A stretch of DNA of 64,000 nt from Promethearchaeota archaeon (GCA_048940925.1 JBHLOC010000027.1:1-64000); one strand, 5' to 3'. Positions 21,364 to 31,242 are shown, numbered from the stretch's first letter. Program-made: numbers and translations. The notes: generated by a model from the letters alone, not told the origin.

Positions 21364-22659
21364 ATGAATTTACCTAATAAATTTATTAGAAGATTTAAAG
21401 AGCTTTGGGAGTATAAAGTCTTTCGTTATACGTTAGTTGTTCAAATATTTTACTTTATACTTGCTATTGTATTATTTTTTGTGTATTATCATGAAAAGAA
21501 TGACTTTCTTATATTTTATAATGTAGGAGATATATTTCTCCACGATATTGAGCATCTTTATGATCAAACAAACTATTTATGGGATTTCAGATACTTTCCT
21601 TTATCAGCATTATTTTTTATACCATATAGCTTCTTAAATTATGAGTTAGCTTTCATAATCTTTAATTTATTCAATATAGTTCTTAATGTCTTGATTTGTA
21701 TAATTCTTTATAAAATCATTATTAGAGTCCGAGGTTTCGATCATGAGGAGGATGATAAAAGGATTTTAAAATATTTATGCTTATATTGCATGTGTTTTCC
21801 AAATCTTCTTAATTTTATTTTAGGACAAATAAATTTATACATCACTTTATTCATTCTGGTATCTCTATTTATTTTTCTCAAATATAACGAAATTAAATGG
21901 CAATTTATTGGAAGTTTAATATTAGGAATAAGTATAATTATAAAACCTACCACAATTTTCTTGATACCATTCTTAATTATTATTAATTTTAATCGAGAGG
22001 AAAGAAAGCTAAAAATTGATCTTTCTAGAAGTGTTATAAGAATAATAGGAATCATTACACCAGTACTAATGAACATAATTTTCTTTCTATCGTATCCTAA
22101 TTTATGGAATGGATTTTTAGCTACAAATTTTACAGGAACAAATCCAGTTGCTTTAAACTTTTCCTTTAGTATTACAAAATTAGTAATTAATTTTTGTTAT
22201 TTTTATAACATTCCCTTTAATCAATTAGTTATATTGATTGTTGTCATGGTAATTTTTGGGGGATTAGGATTTGTAATTTTTGTATTTAGAAAAAACGACG
22301 AAAATTCTATTATTTATGGTTATGCTTATGGGTTGATTATTATGCTCCTTGTATATTATGATTCTTGGTACCACCATCTATTAAATTTAATACCAGTTTT
22401 AGTGATTATCATATTTAATTCACCGAGACATTCTAAAGTTTCAATTATCACATCCAGGAGTGTGCTTTTTTTTCACTTTTTTGATTTAATTTTTGTAGGA
22501 GTTTGGTATCTCGTATACCCCTTATTTCCATATAATTTTGGAAGCACTGTCTTTTTATTATTAACTTTTTATGGGATTAGTAAATATTGTTTAAAAGAGA
22601 AAACATATAAAATAAATATCGGTAATAATTATTTCGGTGAAATAAAGAAAGATGAGTGA
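21364..22659 (+). CDS. GT87/DUF2029 family membrane glycosyltransferase
   Basis: NDFLIFY, FRYFPLSA, GQIN, IIKP, SWYHH; many TM segments. Confidence 0.8.
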   Translation: MNLPNKFIRRFKELWEYKVFRYTLVVQIFYFILAIVLFFVYYHEKNDFLIFYNVGDIFLHDIEHLYDQTNYLWDFRYFPLSALFFIPYSFLNYELAFIIFNLFNIVLNVLICIILYKIIIRVRGFDHEEDDKRILKYLCLYCMCFPNLLNFILGQINLYITLFILVSLFIFLKYNEIKWQFIGSLILGISIIIKPTTIFLIPFLIIINFNREERKLKIDLSRSVIRIIGIITPVLMNIIFFLSYPNLWNGFLATNFTGTNPVALNFSFSITKLVINFCYFYNIPFNQLVILIVVMVIFGGLGFVIFVFRKNDENSIIYGYAYGLIIMLLVYYDSWYHHLLNLIPVLVIIIFNSPRHSKVSIITSRSVLFFHFFDLIFVGVWYLVYPLFPYNFGSTVFLLLTFYGISKYCLKEKTYKINIGNNYFGEIKKDE

Positions 22660-23413
22660 AAGATTAAGACTAAGATCTTTTTTATTAAGTTTTTTAATTA
22701 TAATAATTTTTATCTTAAGCATTATTTCAGATGGAACTGCTATTAATTATGGAGTTGGAGTTAAAAAAGAAGAAGAGTTAGTTTGGAATTGTAATGTGTG
22801 TAATAAAGACGAAATGAAAATACTTTTTGGTAATAATTGGGATAATTCAGGATTTTTCGAAGATTTAAATAGAGGATCAAAGATGAAATGGAAAATAAAA
22901 AATATTGAAATTAATGATACTTATCTAGTTATTAAGGTTGAACTTTGGAAATGGAATAGTGAAAAAAATTGGGGGATTAAAGATAGTAATTTTCAAATCA
23001 TATACTTCATAAATCCAAAAACATATGTAAATGCATTAAATTTTTCTAACTATGCATTTTTAGTACCCTTTTTATTTCCCATACCTGTAAGTGAATATCT
23101 TGGAAATTTAAAATTAAATGAATGGTATGATGTAGATAACAGAGTTCTAACTACTTTAAACGTAGAAATCACTAAAGATCAGATATTGACAGATTATCCC
23201 ACTAAAGATATTAAAATTATAGCAATATATAATGAACGGGGAATTCTCACTTCATATAAGCTTTATATAAAGGAAAATGTAGTTATAGTTGATATATCTT
23301 TTAATAAGTTACCCTATTTTGTAATACCAGCATTAGTTTGTCTAACAGTTTGTTTATCAACCGCAGTAATAATTTATATTTTAAAGAAGAAACAATCAAT
23401 TAAAAAATATTAA
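22652..23413 (+). CDS. Secreted, C-terminally anchored surface protein
   Basis: N-terminal hydrophobic signal; C-terminal TM followed by KKK; overlaps the upstream gene. Confidence 0.7.
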   Translation: MSERLRLRSFLLSFLIIIIFILSIISDGTAINYGVGVKKEEELVWNCNVCNKDEMKILFGNNWDNSGFFEDLNRGSKMKWKIKNIEINDTYLVIKVELWKWNSEKNWGIKDSNFQIIYFINPKTYVNALNFSNYAFLVPFLFPIPVSEYLGNLKLNEWYDVDNRVLTTLNVEITKDQILTDYPTKDIKIIAIYNERGILTSYKLYIKENVVIVDISFNKLPYFVIPALVCLTVCLSTAVIIYILKKKQSIKKY

Positions 23414-23434
23414 TGAATTTACGGTAATTTCTAA

Positions 23435-24721
23435 ATGGAATTAAAAATAAAATTTAGAAATAAAATAGATAGATTAAAGGAACTTTGGGAATATAAAATA
23501 TTTAGGTATACGATAATACTTCATGGAATTTATTTTATAATTTCTTTAATCTTAACCTTAACAATTTTTAGGATTAAGAATGATTTTCTAGTTTATTATA
23601 CTGTAGGGAAAATATTTGTTACAGATATCAATGATCTTTATAATAGAGCAAATTATCTATGGCCTTTTCGTTATCTCCCTTTATCTGCTGTGATTTTTAT
23701 ACCTTTTTATCTTCTTGGTTTTGATTTAGGATTTATAGTATTTAATATCTTTAATTTAGTTTTTAACATATTAATCAGCCTAATTCTTTACAAATTAATT
23801 ATTTTAATTCGAGGAGATGATCATGAAAAGAATGAAAAAAGGGTTATAACATATATTTGTATTTATTTCTTATCTTTGCCGCAGATTTTCAATTACATAC
23901 TTGGTCAAATTAACCTTTATATCGTTTTCTTAATCCTGTTATCACTTTTTTTATATCTTAAACATGAGAATATTAAATGGCAATTTATAGCAGGATTAAT
24001 TTTAGGAATTACTATAATTATTAAACCAATTACTATTTTTATGACTCCTTTTCTAATTTTATTAAAATATGATTTTAAACGTAAAAAATTCATTTTTAAC
24101 TTTCTACATACAATTTCACGATTAGGTGGTGTTATATTGCCTATATCTTTAAATTTGATTATTTTTCTATCACATCCTTCTTTATTAGATGGATTCATTG
24201 ATATAAATTTAGTAGGGGAAGATACTCTATATGTAAATCACTCATTTAGTTTAACAAAAATCATCCAAAACTTGTTATTTTTCATTGGAATCCCAGAAAC
24301 AAGTTTATTAAATTTGCAGATTTTGATTTTTATAGCTGTTTTAATGATTATAGGGGGATTAGGATTCGTTATTTACATTTTTCGAGGTCAAATATCAGAT
24401 CCTTTAATATATGGATACACATTAGGTATTTTAATAATGCTTATCGCATATTTTGATTCTTGGGATCATCATCTTTTAATATTAACGCCATTCTTGATAC
24501 TAATTATATTTAATCTGCCTCGAAATTCTGATATTACAAAAAGATTTATTAAACCAAGTTTTTTCTTCTTTAATTTTTTTGACTTACTATTTATGGGAAT
24601 AGCATATATTTGGTTTCATTTCAATTTTGAAAGTACGATATTTCTGTTATTAATATTTTATGGTATTTGTAAATTTTGTTTATCTACAAGACATTTACTC
24701 AATAGAGATGATTTAGAATAG
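23435..24721 (+). CDS. GT87/DUF2029 family membrane glycosyltransferase (paralog)
   Basis: NDFLVYY, FRYLPLSA, GQIN, IIKP, SWDHH; clear paralog of 21364-22659. Confidence 0.8.
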   Translation: MELKIKFRNKIDRLKELWEYKIFRYTIILHGIYFIISLILTLTIFRIKNDFLVYYTVGKIFVTDINDLYNRANYLWPFRYLPLSAVIFIPFYLLGFDLGFIVFNIFNLVFNILISLILYKLIILIRGDDHEKNEKRVITYICIYFLSLPQIFNYILGQINLYIVFLILLSLFLYLKHENIKWQFIAGLILGITIIIKPITIFMTPFLILLKYDFKRKKFIFNFLHTISRLGGVILPISLNLIIFLSHPSLLDGFIDINLVGEDTLYVNHSFSLTKIIQNLLFFIGIPETSLLNLQILIFIAVLMIIGGLGFVIYIFRGQISDPLIYGYTLGILIMLIAYFDSWDHHLLILTPFLILIIFNLPRNSDITKRFIKPSFFFFNFFDLLFMGIAYIWFHFNFESTIFLLLIFYGICKFCLSTRHLLNRDDLE

Positions 24722-25443
24722 AAATTATCCCCGCAATTGATATCAGTAGAGGAAAGTGCGTTCGTTTATTCAAAGGAAAAAAGGGGACTGAAAAGATCTA
24801 TTATGAAAATCCACTTAATGCTGTGGATTTTTGGATAAATAAAGATGTTAAACGTTTACATTTTGTGGATTTAGATGGAGCATGGGGTTCTAGTTTGAAT
24901 AAAGAAATCATTAAAGAAATGATAAAAAGAGCATCAAATAGATTAAAAGTTCAAGTTGGGGGTGGTATTAGAAATTTGCAATCTGCAAAAGAACTTATTG
25001 AAATTGGTGCTGATCGAGTGATAGTTGGAACTATGGCAATAGAGCATCCGAAAATTATACAAAAATTAGCAAATGAATTAGGTTCTGAACGAATTGTAGT
25101 TGCATTGGATTATAAACGCGGAGGAATTGTAATTCATGGATGGACAGAACAAACAGATAAAGATCCATTTACATTTGGAAAAAAAATTGCAAATTTTGGG
25201 GCAGGATATATTCTTTTCTCTTCAATTGAAGCAGATGGTACCTTCACAGGTCCAGATTTTGTAAATATTAAAAAAATGATAAATTCAGTAAATATTCCTA
25301 TTTATGCTGCAGGAGGGATTCGAAACGAGAAAGACCTTATAAAATTACAGCAGATGGGTGTGTGGGGCGTCATCATTGGAAAAGCATTTTATGAACAAAA
25401 AATTCCATATTCAATATTAAAGAATTCTAAATATAATTGTTAA
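24718..25443 (+). CDS. hisA: ProFAR isomerase HisA, apparent ATA start
   Basis: In-frame upstream extension reads IEIIPAIDISRGKCVRLFKG; also HFVDLDGA, QVGGGIR, DGTFTGPD, AAGGI, GVIIGKAFYE. Confidence 0.9.
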   Translation: MEIIPAIDISRGKCVRLFKGKKGTEKIYYENPLNAVDFWINKDVKRLHFVDLDGAWGSSLNKEIIKEMIKRASNRLKVQVGGGIRNLQSAKELIEIGADRVIVGTMAIEHPKIIQKLANELGSERIVVALDYKRGGIVIHGWTEQTDKDPFTFGKKIANFGAGYILFSSIEADGTFTGPDFVNIKKMINSVNIPIYAAGGIRNEKDLIKLQQMGVWGVIIGKAFYEQKIPYSILKNSKYNC

Positions 25444-25533
25444 AATAGATTTAAAATGGAATAAATATTAGATTTATCATTGGAATATTAAAATCCACAT
25501 TTATTAGTAGACAATTATTTTAACTTTGAAGAA

Positions 25534-26271
25534 ATGATTCTAGATTTTTATCTTCCACCATTATTGGTCGTCTTTGTTCCCGCTTTTACTTTAGGCTTTC
25601 TTCATACTATTATTCCTTGCGAAGATAAAGCAATATTCATTTTTTGGTCGTTAGGAATTTCAAAAACGCCTCAAAAGAGTGTGTTTATATTAGTTCTTTA
25701 TGGATTAGGTTTAATGACTGCTAATTTGACAATCGCAACTGGTACTGTTCTAATTAGTTTTATCCCTCAAATTTTTCTTCCACATATTATTCCTGAAGAT
25801 CCTTTTGCTATAAATTTCTTTGGAGCGGTTACTTCTATGTTTGCTGGGGTAATTTTACTATTTTATATAACAAGAAGAGGGTATATACCCCACTCAAAAC
25901 AAAAAGATGAATTAGCACAGTTAAATTGGGAAAAAAAGAAAACTCCTTATCTTTTTGGCATTATAGCTGGATTTCCACCTTGTATATTTGAACTACTAAT
26001 CTATTCGTGGTGTTTACAATGGTCATTACAAGGTGGTTATGGATTTATAGATGGAATTTTCACAGTTTTTTATTTTTCGCTCGGAACATTCGTTGGACTT
26101 TTTCCTCTTGCTTTAGCAAAGCAAAGTACTTCTCAATTCATGAAATCCAGTGATAAAAAAAAAAAGAACCTAGTTTTAATTATCATGATATTTATAGTTA
26201 TTATATTCAATTTGATAGTCATGATATTAAGCTTTTTACAAATCCGTGTTTTTCCAGCAGTCCCATTTTAA
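25534..26271 (+). CDS. Membrane protein, NicO/RcnA-DsbD-like transporter fold
   Basis: GFLHTIIPC and GFPPC motifs, FSLGT, about 6 TM segments. Confidence 0.5.
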   Translation: MILDFYLPPLLVVFVPAFTLGFLHTIIPCEDKAIFIFWSLGISKTPQKSVFILVLYGLGLMTANLTIATGTVLISFIPQIFLPHIIPEDPFAINFFGAVTSMFAGVILLFYITRRGYIPHSKQKDELAQLNWEKKKTPYLFGIIAGFPPCIFELLIYSWCLQWSLQGGYGFIDGIFTVFYFSLGTFVGLFPLALAKQSTSQFMKSSDKKKKNLVLIIMIFIVIIFNLIVMILSFLQIRVFPAVPF

Positions 26272-26434
26272 GTATCTCAATAAAAAAAAAATATCGATTA
26301 AATAAAAAAATTAAATACTTTTTGATTATTCTCATTGATTGGAATGACCAAAAAAATTGGTCTATTAAAATTATTTAAGCTTTAATTTTTTTATAATTAT
26401 ATAGATTTCTAAAATTGCAACAGGAACTAAAATA

Positions 26435-28810
26435 ATGAAATGTTTATTCTGTGAAAGTCAAAATATCGATTATACTTGTGAACGTTGTAAATCTAATTTT
26501 TGTATTAATCATATAGCTACAACAGAAATACATGAATGCAAAAAACATAACATTATCTATTCAAAAGCAAAAGCGCTAGAACGAAATTATAAATGTACTG
26601 TGATTGAGGATAGTGAGTGTCCTGAATGTAAGTCTATTTTAAGATTAGATAGATTATCTTCAGGTCAATATTTTTTAGAATGTACTAATCCTCAATGTCC
26701 AGAATCATGGAACTCATATCTAAAAACTCCTGGTCTATTTTTTCCTTCAAAAGAAAAACTTGCAAGAGAAGCGATAAGATACAATCTTATTAAAGGAAAT
26801 AAATTTACGTTATGTGGTAAGAAATTAAAGCATATAATAGGAAAGGAAATTTGTCCTAAATGTTTCTTGGATTTATTACAGAGAGCTCCAATTACGAATT
26901 TCCAAACAATTATGAATTCCTTCAATTTATCAGCTCCACAAATGATCAAATTTATTAATAAATATATGGAAGAAGAACGTATCTATGGTATTATTGATCA
27001 AAAAACCCAGATGTTTTATTATATTTCTCCTGAAATTCGCGAAAAATTACTTTCAAAATTCCATGATGAGGGAATTATTAAAGTAGAAGATTTAGGAGTA
27101 ATGCTTGATATGAGTTCTGAGGTTGCTCTCAAAATAATATATAAATTAATTAACCAATTTCAAATAAAAGGATCTTTTTCTCAAGATAAAAAAATCTATT
27201 ATACTCAAAAGTATATAATGGATAGTTTGATCAAAGATATCAAGAAAAATGGAAGAGTTACATTAAAGCAGCTTGCTAATAATTTCAATATCCCGAAAGA
27301 ACTTATAAAATCTTTTTGCGTCAATTTAATGAGAGCTAAGGCAGTAAATGGTTATTTTGCAGATCGGGGCCATGAAATAATCACTGCAGATCAAATTTTT
27401 AAAGAAATTAAAGCATATTCAAAAGAAATTGGCTTATTTGAACTGTCTAATCTTGCTGATAAATTAAAGATTGCTGTAGAATTAGCAAGAAAAAGTCTCC
27501 ATGAGCTTATTAAAATAGGTACGATTAAAGGACTCTTCACTCAAAGAAGAGAATTCATGACATACAAACATATGGAAAAGAAAATAAAAGAAATCGCTAG
27601 AGCGTATCGTACTATGCCTTTAAGAGAACTTTCTAATAGGTTAGGAGTCACTGAATCAAGTATTGAAGAAAATTTAGCCCAAATCATTGCACGGGGCGAC
27701 ATTGATGGGTATATTGACATGTCTAAAAGACCCTCAACCTTTGTTGCGTATAGCGTACCGCTAGACTCAAAATCTCGGGAACAACCTAAGGTTGATGAAA
27801 AAATAGATGAAGGACAGATTGAAGTTGTTCGTGATTATGATTTTATCGGTGGACAATTACACTATAAAGTAGCAGTTCGTAATAATAGTAGTATGGCAAT
27901 TAATTCAGTAAAAGTGATCCTAGATGTACCTTCTAGTTATAATGTCAAACAATCTTTAATTAATATACCCGTAATTGAAGCTAAGAATTCAAGAGGAGTT
28001 GATTTCTATTTAGAGCCAAAGGAATGTGGTATTTCTTCTATAGGTGGTGATGTAATCTACAAAACAGCTGAAGGTACAAAACATACAACACATATAAGAA
28101 AAAAAGAAGTCCAAATTAAATGTCCCTTAGTTGTTTCTTGTCTATCAACTATTGAAGATATCCAGATTGCAATTCAGGATTTACCAAATGATGCTCGAGC
28201 CTTTTTAGTCGCAGATATAGATCCACGATTAGCTTTCCGAGCAGCTGTCAGAACAATAAAACGTTTTGAGGTAAGTACGGTTACTTCTCATGAAGGAAAT
28301 GATTCTAAAGGAAAATATGAGGCAGAAAGTTGGCATTGTTCAGAGGCAAAAGTAGGTGGAGGGAGAATTATAACCCGAATTTATGTTTCTGAAGCTAATC
28401 AATCATTAGAAGTTCGAATTTGGGCAGCTAATCCTGGACAGTTAACAGGATTCTTAGCGAAAGTAATTGAATTATTGTTTGAAGAGATTAATCTCATTAG
28501 AAAAATTAAATCAGAAGAAAGAGAAAAAACTATTGATGTAATGGCAATTACTCAAAATCTAGCAGAAATTTCTGATTATTGTATGTTAAGATGGAAAGCC
28601 CAAAATATCCGTACTAAGCTACATGATACCTTTGTTCGAGTGAGAAAAATTATGGGAAACAATGAAGCCATTTTAGGACGGATCGAATACTGGCTCACAG
28701 AATTAAATAAATATGGGAAAGATGAGAATATTAGCGAAGAGTTGGCAGACCGCTTAGTTAACGATATAGAGAATTTTAGGAGTGTAATTGCGAGATCTAT
28801 TAAAATATAA
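26435..28810 (+). CDS. Zn-finger + tandem winged-helix (PCI-like) + beta-sandwich/platform domain protein
   Basis: Multiple CxxC motifs in aa 1-145; about five WH repeats ending in AYRTMPLRELSNRLG...IIARGDIDGYID; C-terminal Ig-like region. Confidence 0.7.
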   Translation: MKCLFCESQNIDYTCERCKSNFCINHIATTEIHECKKHNIIYSKAKALERNYKCTVIEDSECPECKSILRLDRLSSGQYFLECTNPQCPESWNSYLKTPGLFFPSKEKLAREAIRYNLIKGNKFTLCGKKLKHIIGKEICPKCFLDLLQRAPITNFQTIMNSFNLSAPQMIKFINKYMEEERIYGIIDQKTQMFYYISPEIREKLLSKFHDEGIIKVEDLGVMLDMSSEVALKIIYKLINQFQIKGSFSQDKKIYYTQKYIMDSLIKDIKKNGRVTLKQLANNFNIPKELIKSFCVNLMRAKAVNGYFADRGHEIITADQIFKEIKAYSKEIGLFELSNLADKLKIAVELARKSLHELIKIGTIKGLFTQRREFMTYKHMEKKIKEIARAYRTMPLRELSNRLGVTESSIEENLAQIIARGDIDGYIDMSKRPSTFVAYSVPLDSKSREQPKVDEKIDEGQIEVVRDYDFIGGQLHYKVAVRNNSSMAINSVKVILDVPSSYNVKQSLINIPVIEAKNSRGVDFYLEPKECGISSIGGDVIYKTAEGTKHTTHIRKKEVQIKCPLVVSCLSTIEDIQIAIQDLPNDARAFLVADIDPRLAFRAAVRTIKRFEVSTVTSHEGNDSKGKYEAESWHCSEAKVGGGRIITRIYVSEANQSLEVRIWAANPGQLTGFLAKVIELLFEEINLIRKIKSEEREKTIDVMAITQNLAEISDYCMLRWKAQNIRTKLHDTFVRVRKIMGNNEAILGRIEYWLTELNKYGKDENISEELADRLVNDIENFRSVIARSIKI

Positions 28811-28891
28811 GCTTTTATTTCCCTTAAAAAAAAATTTATAAGTGTTTATATCTAATATTAATAGTAATAAGGAAATTATGGATGGTGCTTT

Positions 28892-29305
28892 ATGCCTATA
28901 ATATCGGTCTCTTTAAATGAGAGCCTTAAAAAGTTCATAAATAAATTGGTCTCGAAAAATAGATATGAAAACAAGTCAAAATTAATTCGAGACGCACTTC
29001 TGCGACTTATGTCGACAATGGATGTTTCTAGTCTTGAGATGTCCAGTGAAATTGCACCTATACCTAAAAATATTATAGGAAATATGATTATTGTTATTCC
29101 GAATGATTTTACGATTCAAAAAAAGTTAAATAAAATTGAAAATGAGTATAAGGATCAAATTGTAAGTAAGAATCAACACTACTTGGATAATAGTTTAACA
29201 ATTTTCATGGTCTTCGAAGGAACACTCCAAGAATTTCAAAACCTTGTTGTCGAAGTAAACAGTATTGATGATATTAAGAATTTCAGATATTTAATTGTAA
29301 AATAA
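28892..29305 (+). CDS. Ribbon-helix-helix transcriptional regulator (CopG/NikR-like)
   Basis: IISVSLNESL...YENKSKLIRDAL followed by an ACT-like domain. Confidence 0.8.
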   Translation: MPIISVSLNESLKKFINKLVSKNRYENKSKLIRDALLRLMSTMDVSSLEMSSEIAPIPKNIIGNMIIVIPNDFTIQKKLNKIENEYKDQIVSKNQHYLDNSLTIFMVFEGTLQEFQNLVVEVNSIDDIKNFRYLIVK

Positions 29306-29388
29306 TTAATTTTTCTCTTATTTTTAGTATAATATTAAATTTTCATCTTTATATTTGAGTGCTTTTTAGAATTGTGTGTGTTAAAATT

Positions 29389-29751
29389 ATGGGAAAAAAT
29401 AAATATGGAAAGGGATACCAAAAAAAAGATAAATCATCAACAAATAAGGGTTTTGGAAAAGAAGGAGCGCCGATTCGTGCTGGAAAGATAAAAGCTAGTC
29501 ACATTTTGGTAGATAAATTTACCCGAGCTCAAGAGATATATGAAGATTTAAAAGCAGGTGAAGATTTTTCTAAACTTGCTCAACAATATTCTAATTGTCC
29601 CAGTAAGAAAAGAGGAGGAAATCTAGGTGAATTCTCTAAAGGTGATATGGTACCTGAATTTTGGAATGCTTCTATAAAATTAAAAATTGGAGAAATTTCT
29701 CACCCGGTTAAAACTCAATTTGGATATCATATAATTAAACGGACGGGATAA
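29389..29751 (+). CDS. Parvulin-type peptidyl-prolyl isomerase
   Basis: ASHILV, FSKLAQQYS.CPS..RGGNLG, KTQFGYHIIK; start taken at ATG 29389. Confidence 0.92.
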   Translation: MGKNKYGKGYQKKDKSSTNKGFGKEGAPIRAGKIKASHILVDKFTRAQEIYEDLKAGEDFSKLAQQYSNCPSKKRGGNLGEFSKGDMVPEFWNASIKLKIGEISHPVKTQFGYHIIKRTG

Positions 29752-29759
29752 GAGAAGAA

Positions 29760-29890
29760 TAGCCCAGCACGGATTTTCGGTAAACGAGATATTCATTATT
29801 TTTTCGAACCGTGGTCCAGGGGTATCTCCAAAATCTTAGATAGCCAGACTTATCAGGGCCCCCGATGATTGACCTCTACACCACTGGGCT
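29760..29890 (-). tRNA. tRNA-Gln(CTG) with two 29-nt introns (37/38 and 59/60)
   Basis: AGCCCAG/CTGGGCT acceptor (A1-U72), CACGG/CCGTG T stem; removing 29824-29852 and 29774-29802 leaves a 73-nt cloverleaf; BHB-like junctions. Confidence 0.85.
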
Positions 29891-29990
29891 TTATATGATT
29901 ATTTATAATTTGATAAATCTAAAAAACTTTCTCAATTTTTTAAGTTCAAATCTATATTTCATAAGTAAATTTAAATAAATATATTTCTTT

Positions 29991-31121
29991 TTGAAAAATC
30001 AAATGATATCCATGAATGAAAATAGAAATACAGACGTAAAACTTTTTGGATTTAAATTAAATCAAATCTCTTCTGTAATTCTTTTTATTCTATCTTTAAC
30101 TTCTTTAATAGGTTATGTACCAACAATATATAGATATATACTAGATTTAATTCGGATATTACCAATAAATCCATTAGATGATTTGATAATTCTTTTAGTT
30201 GGTTTTATTTTTTTAGTGATTCCTTTTGCAATTTTATTTTATACATTAGTTTCTTGTTTGAAATGGAGGAAATATCATATGAGTAAGGGAATTAATGGAA
30301 TAAAATGGTTTGGCTTTGAAATGAATAAAACTTCTGCAACTATTCTTTTATTAATATCATTAATAGGAGTAATTGGTTTTCTAGGTGGAATCTATGTATT
30401 AATTTACATTATTGTACATACTTGGAATAGATTCTTGGATTTTTCTAGATTATTTTATTCTTTCATCCCCCTTATATTAAATTTAATTGAAACAATCATC
30501 CTCGTCATGATTTATATATATACAATGCAGAGATGCTTAAGAATAAAGAGAAAAATTGAAAAAGATGATAAGATTACCATGAGTAGAAATAGAAATGAAG
30601 TAAAATATTTTAGATTTAAATTAAACCAGATCTCTGTAATAATTCTTTTTATTCTCGCTTTGATAGCGGTTATAAATTTGATGTATCCAATATTTTCCTC
30701 AATTTTGAATTTTAGACTTGCTATAATTCCAGTTGGTATTTTAATATTAAATTTAATGAGTTTCGTCTCGCTATTGATTTTTTTAATAATTTATATTTAC
30801 ACATTAGTTTCTTGTTTGAAATGGAGGAAATATCATATGAGTGAAGGAATTAACGGAATAAAATGGTTTGGCTTTGAAATGAATAAAACCTCTGCAACCG
30901 TTCTTTTATTAATATCACTAATAGGATTTATTAGTTTTCTAGGTGGAATCTATGGACTAATTAATAACATCATATTTTCTTTTAAAATATACGACAATCT
31001 GTATCAAATATTTGACTATCTCAAATTTACCATAGTAAGTTTAATTGGAGATGTAATTACTTTACTTATTTACATTTATACAATTCGAAGATGTTTAAAA
31101 GTAAGAATCTTGATGAAATAA
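29991..31121 (+). CDS. Membrane protein with internal tandem duplication
   Basis: Four ~90-aa two-TM units in ABAB order; the start may be a downstream ATG. Confidence 0.7.
   Translation: MKNQMISMNENRNTDVKLFGFKLNQISSVILFILSLTSLIGYVPTIYRYILDLIRILPINPLDDLIILLVGFIFLVIPFAILFYTLVSCLKWRKYHMSKGINGIKWFGFEMNKTSATILLLISLIGVIGFLGGIYVLIYIIVHTWNRFLDFSRLFYSFIPLILNLIETIILVMIYIYTMQRCLRIKRKIEKDDKITMSRNRNEVKYFRFKLNQISVIILFILALIAVINLMYPIFSSILNFRLAIIPVGILILNLMSFVSLLIFLIIYIYTLVSCLKWRKYHMSEGINGIKWFGFEMNKTSATVLLLISLIGFISFLGGIYGLINNIIFSFKIYDNLYQIFDYLKFTIVSLIGDVITLLIYIYTIRRCLKVRILMK
30243..30898 (+). repeat. Intragenic direct repeat, period 558 nt
   Basis: ACATTAGTTTCTTGTTTGAAATGGAGGAAATATCATATGAGT...TCTGCAAC near-identical at 30243-30340 and 30801-30898. 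Confidence 0.9.
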
Positions 31122-31170
31122 TTTTATACTTAGCATGAGGAAATATTTTCTAATTTCAAAACTTGGATAA

Positions 31171-31242
31171 AAGATATAGCGGAATAAATTCACTATCTAG
31201 GGATTCAGAGTTCAATATTCTTGACTCCTATCCTACCAGGCT
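31171..31242 (-). pseudogene. Decayed intron-less tRNA-Gln(CTG) copy
   Basis: Same arm spacing as the mature tRNA-Gln, CTCTGAA loop, broken stems, shared 5' flank GGCTTTATATGATT. Confidence 0.55.

Noticed and set aside
29824-29858. Alternative reading of the tRNA as Gln(TTG), or with a third 9-nt intron
   Set aside because: The TTG register leaves 4 unexplained nucleotides and 9 nt is too short for a BHB intron; the 29-nt 37/38 intron fits better
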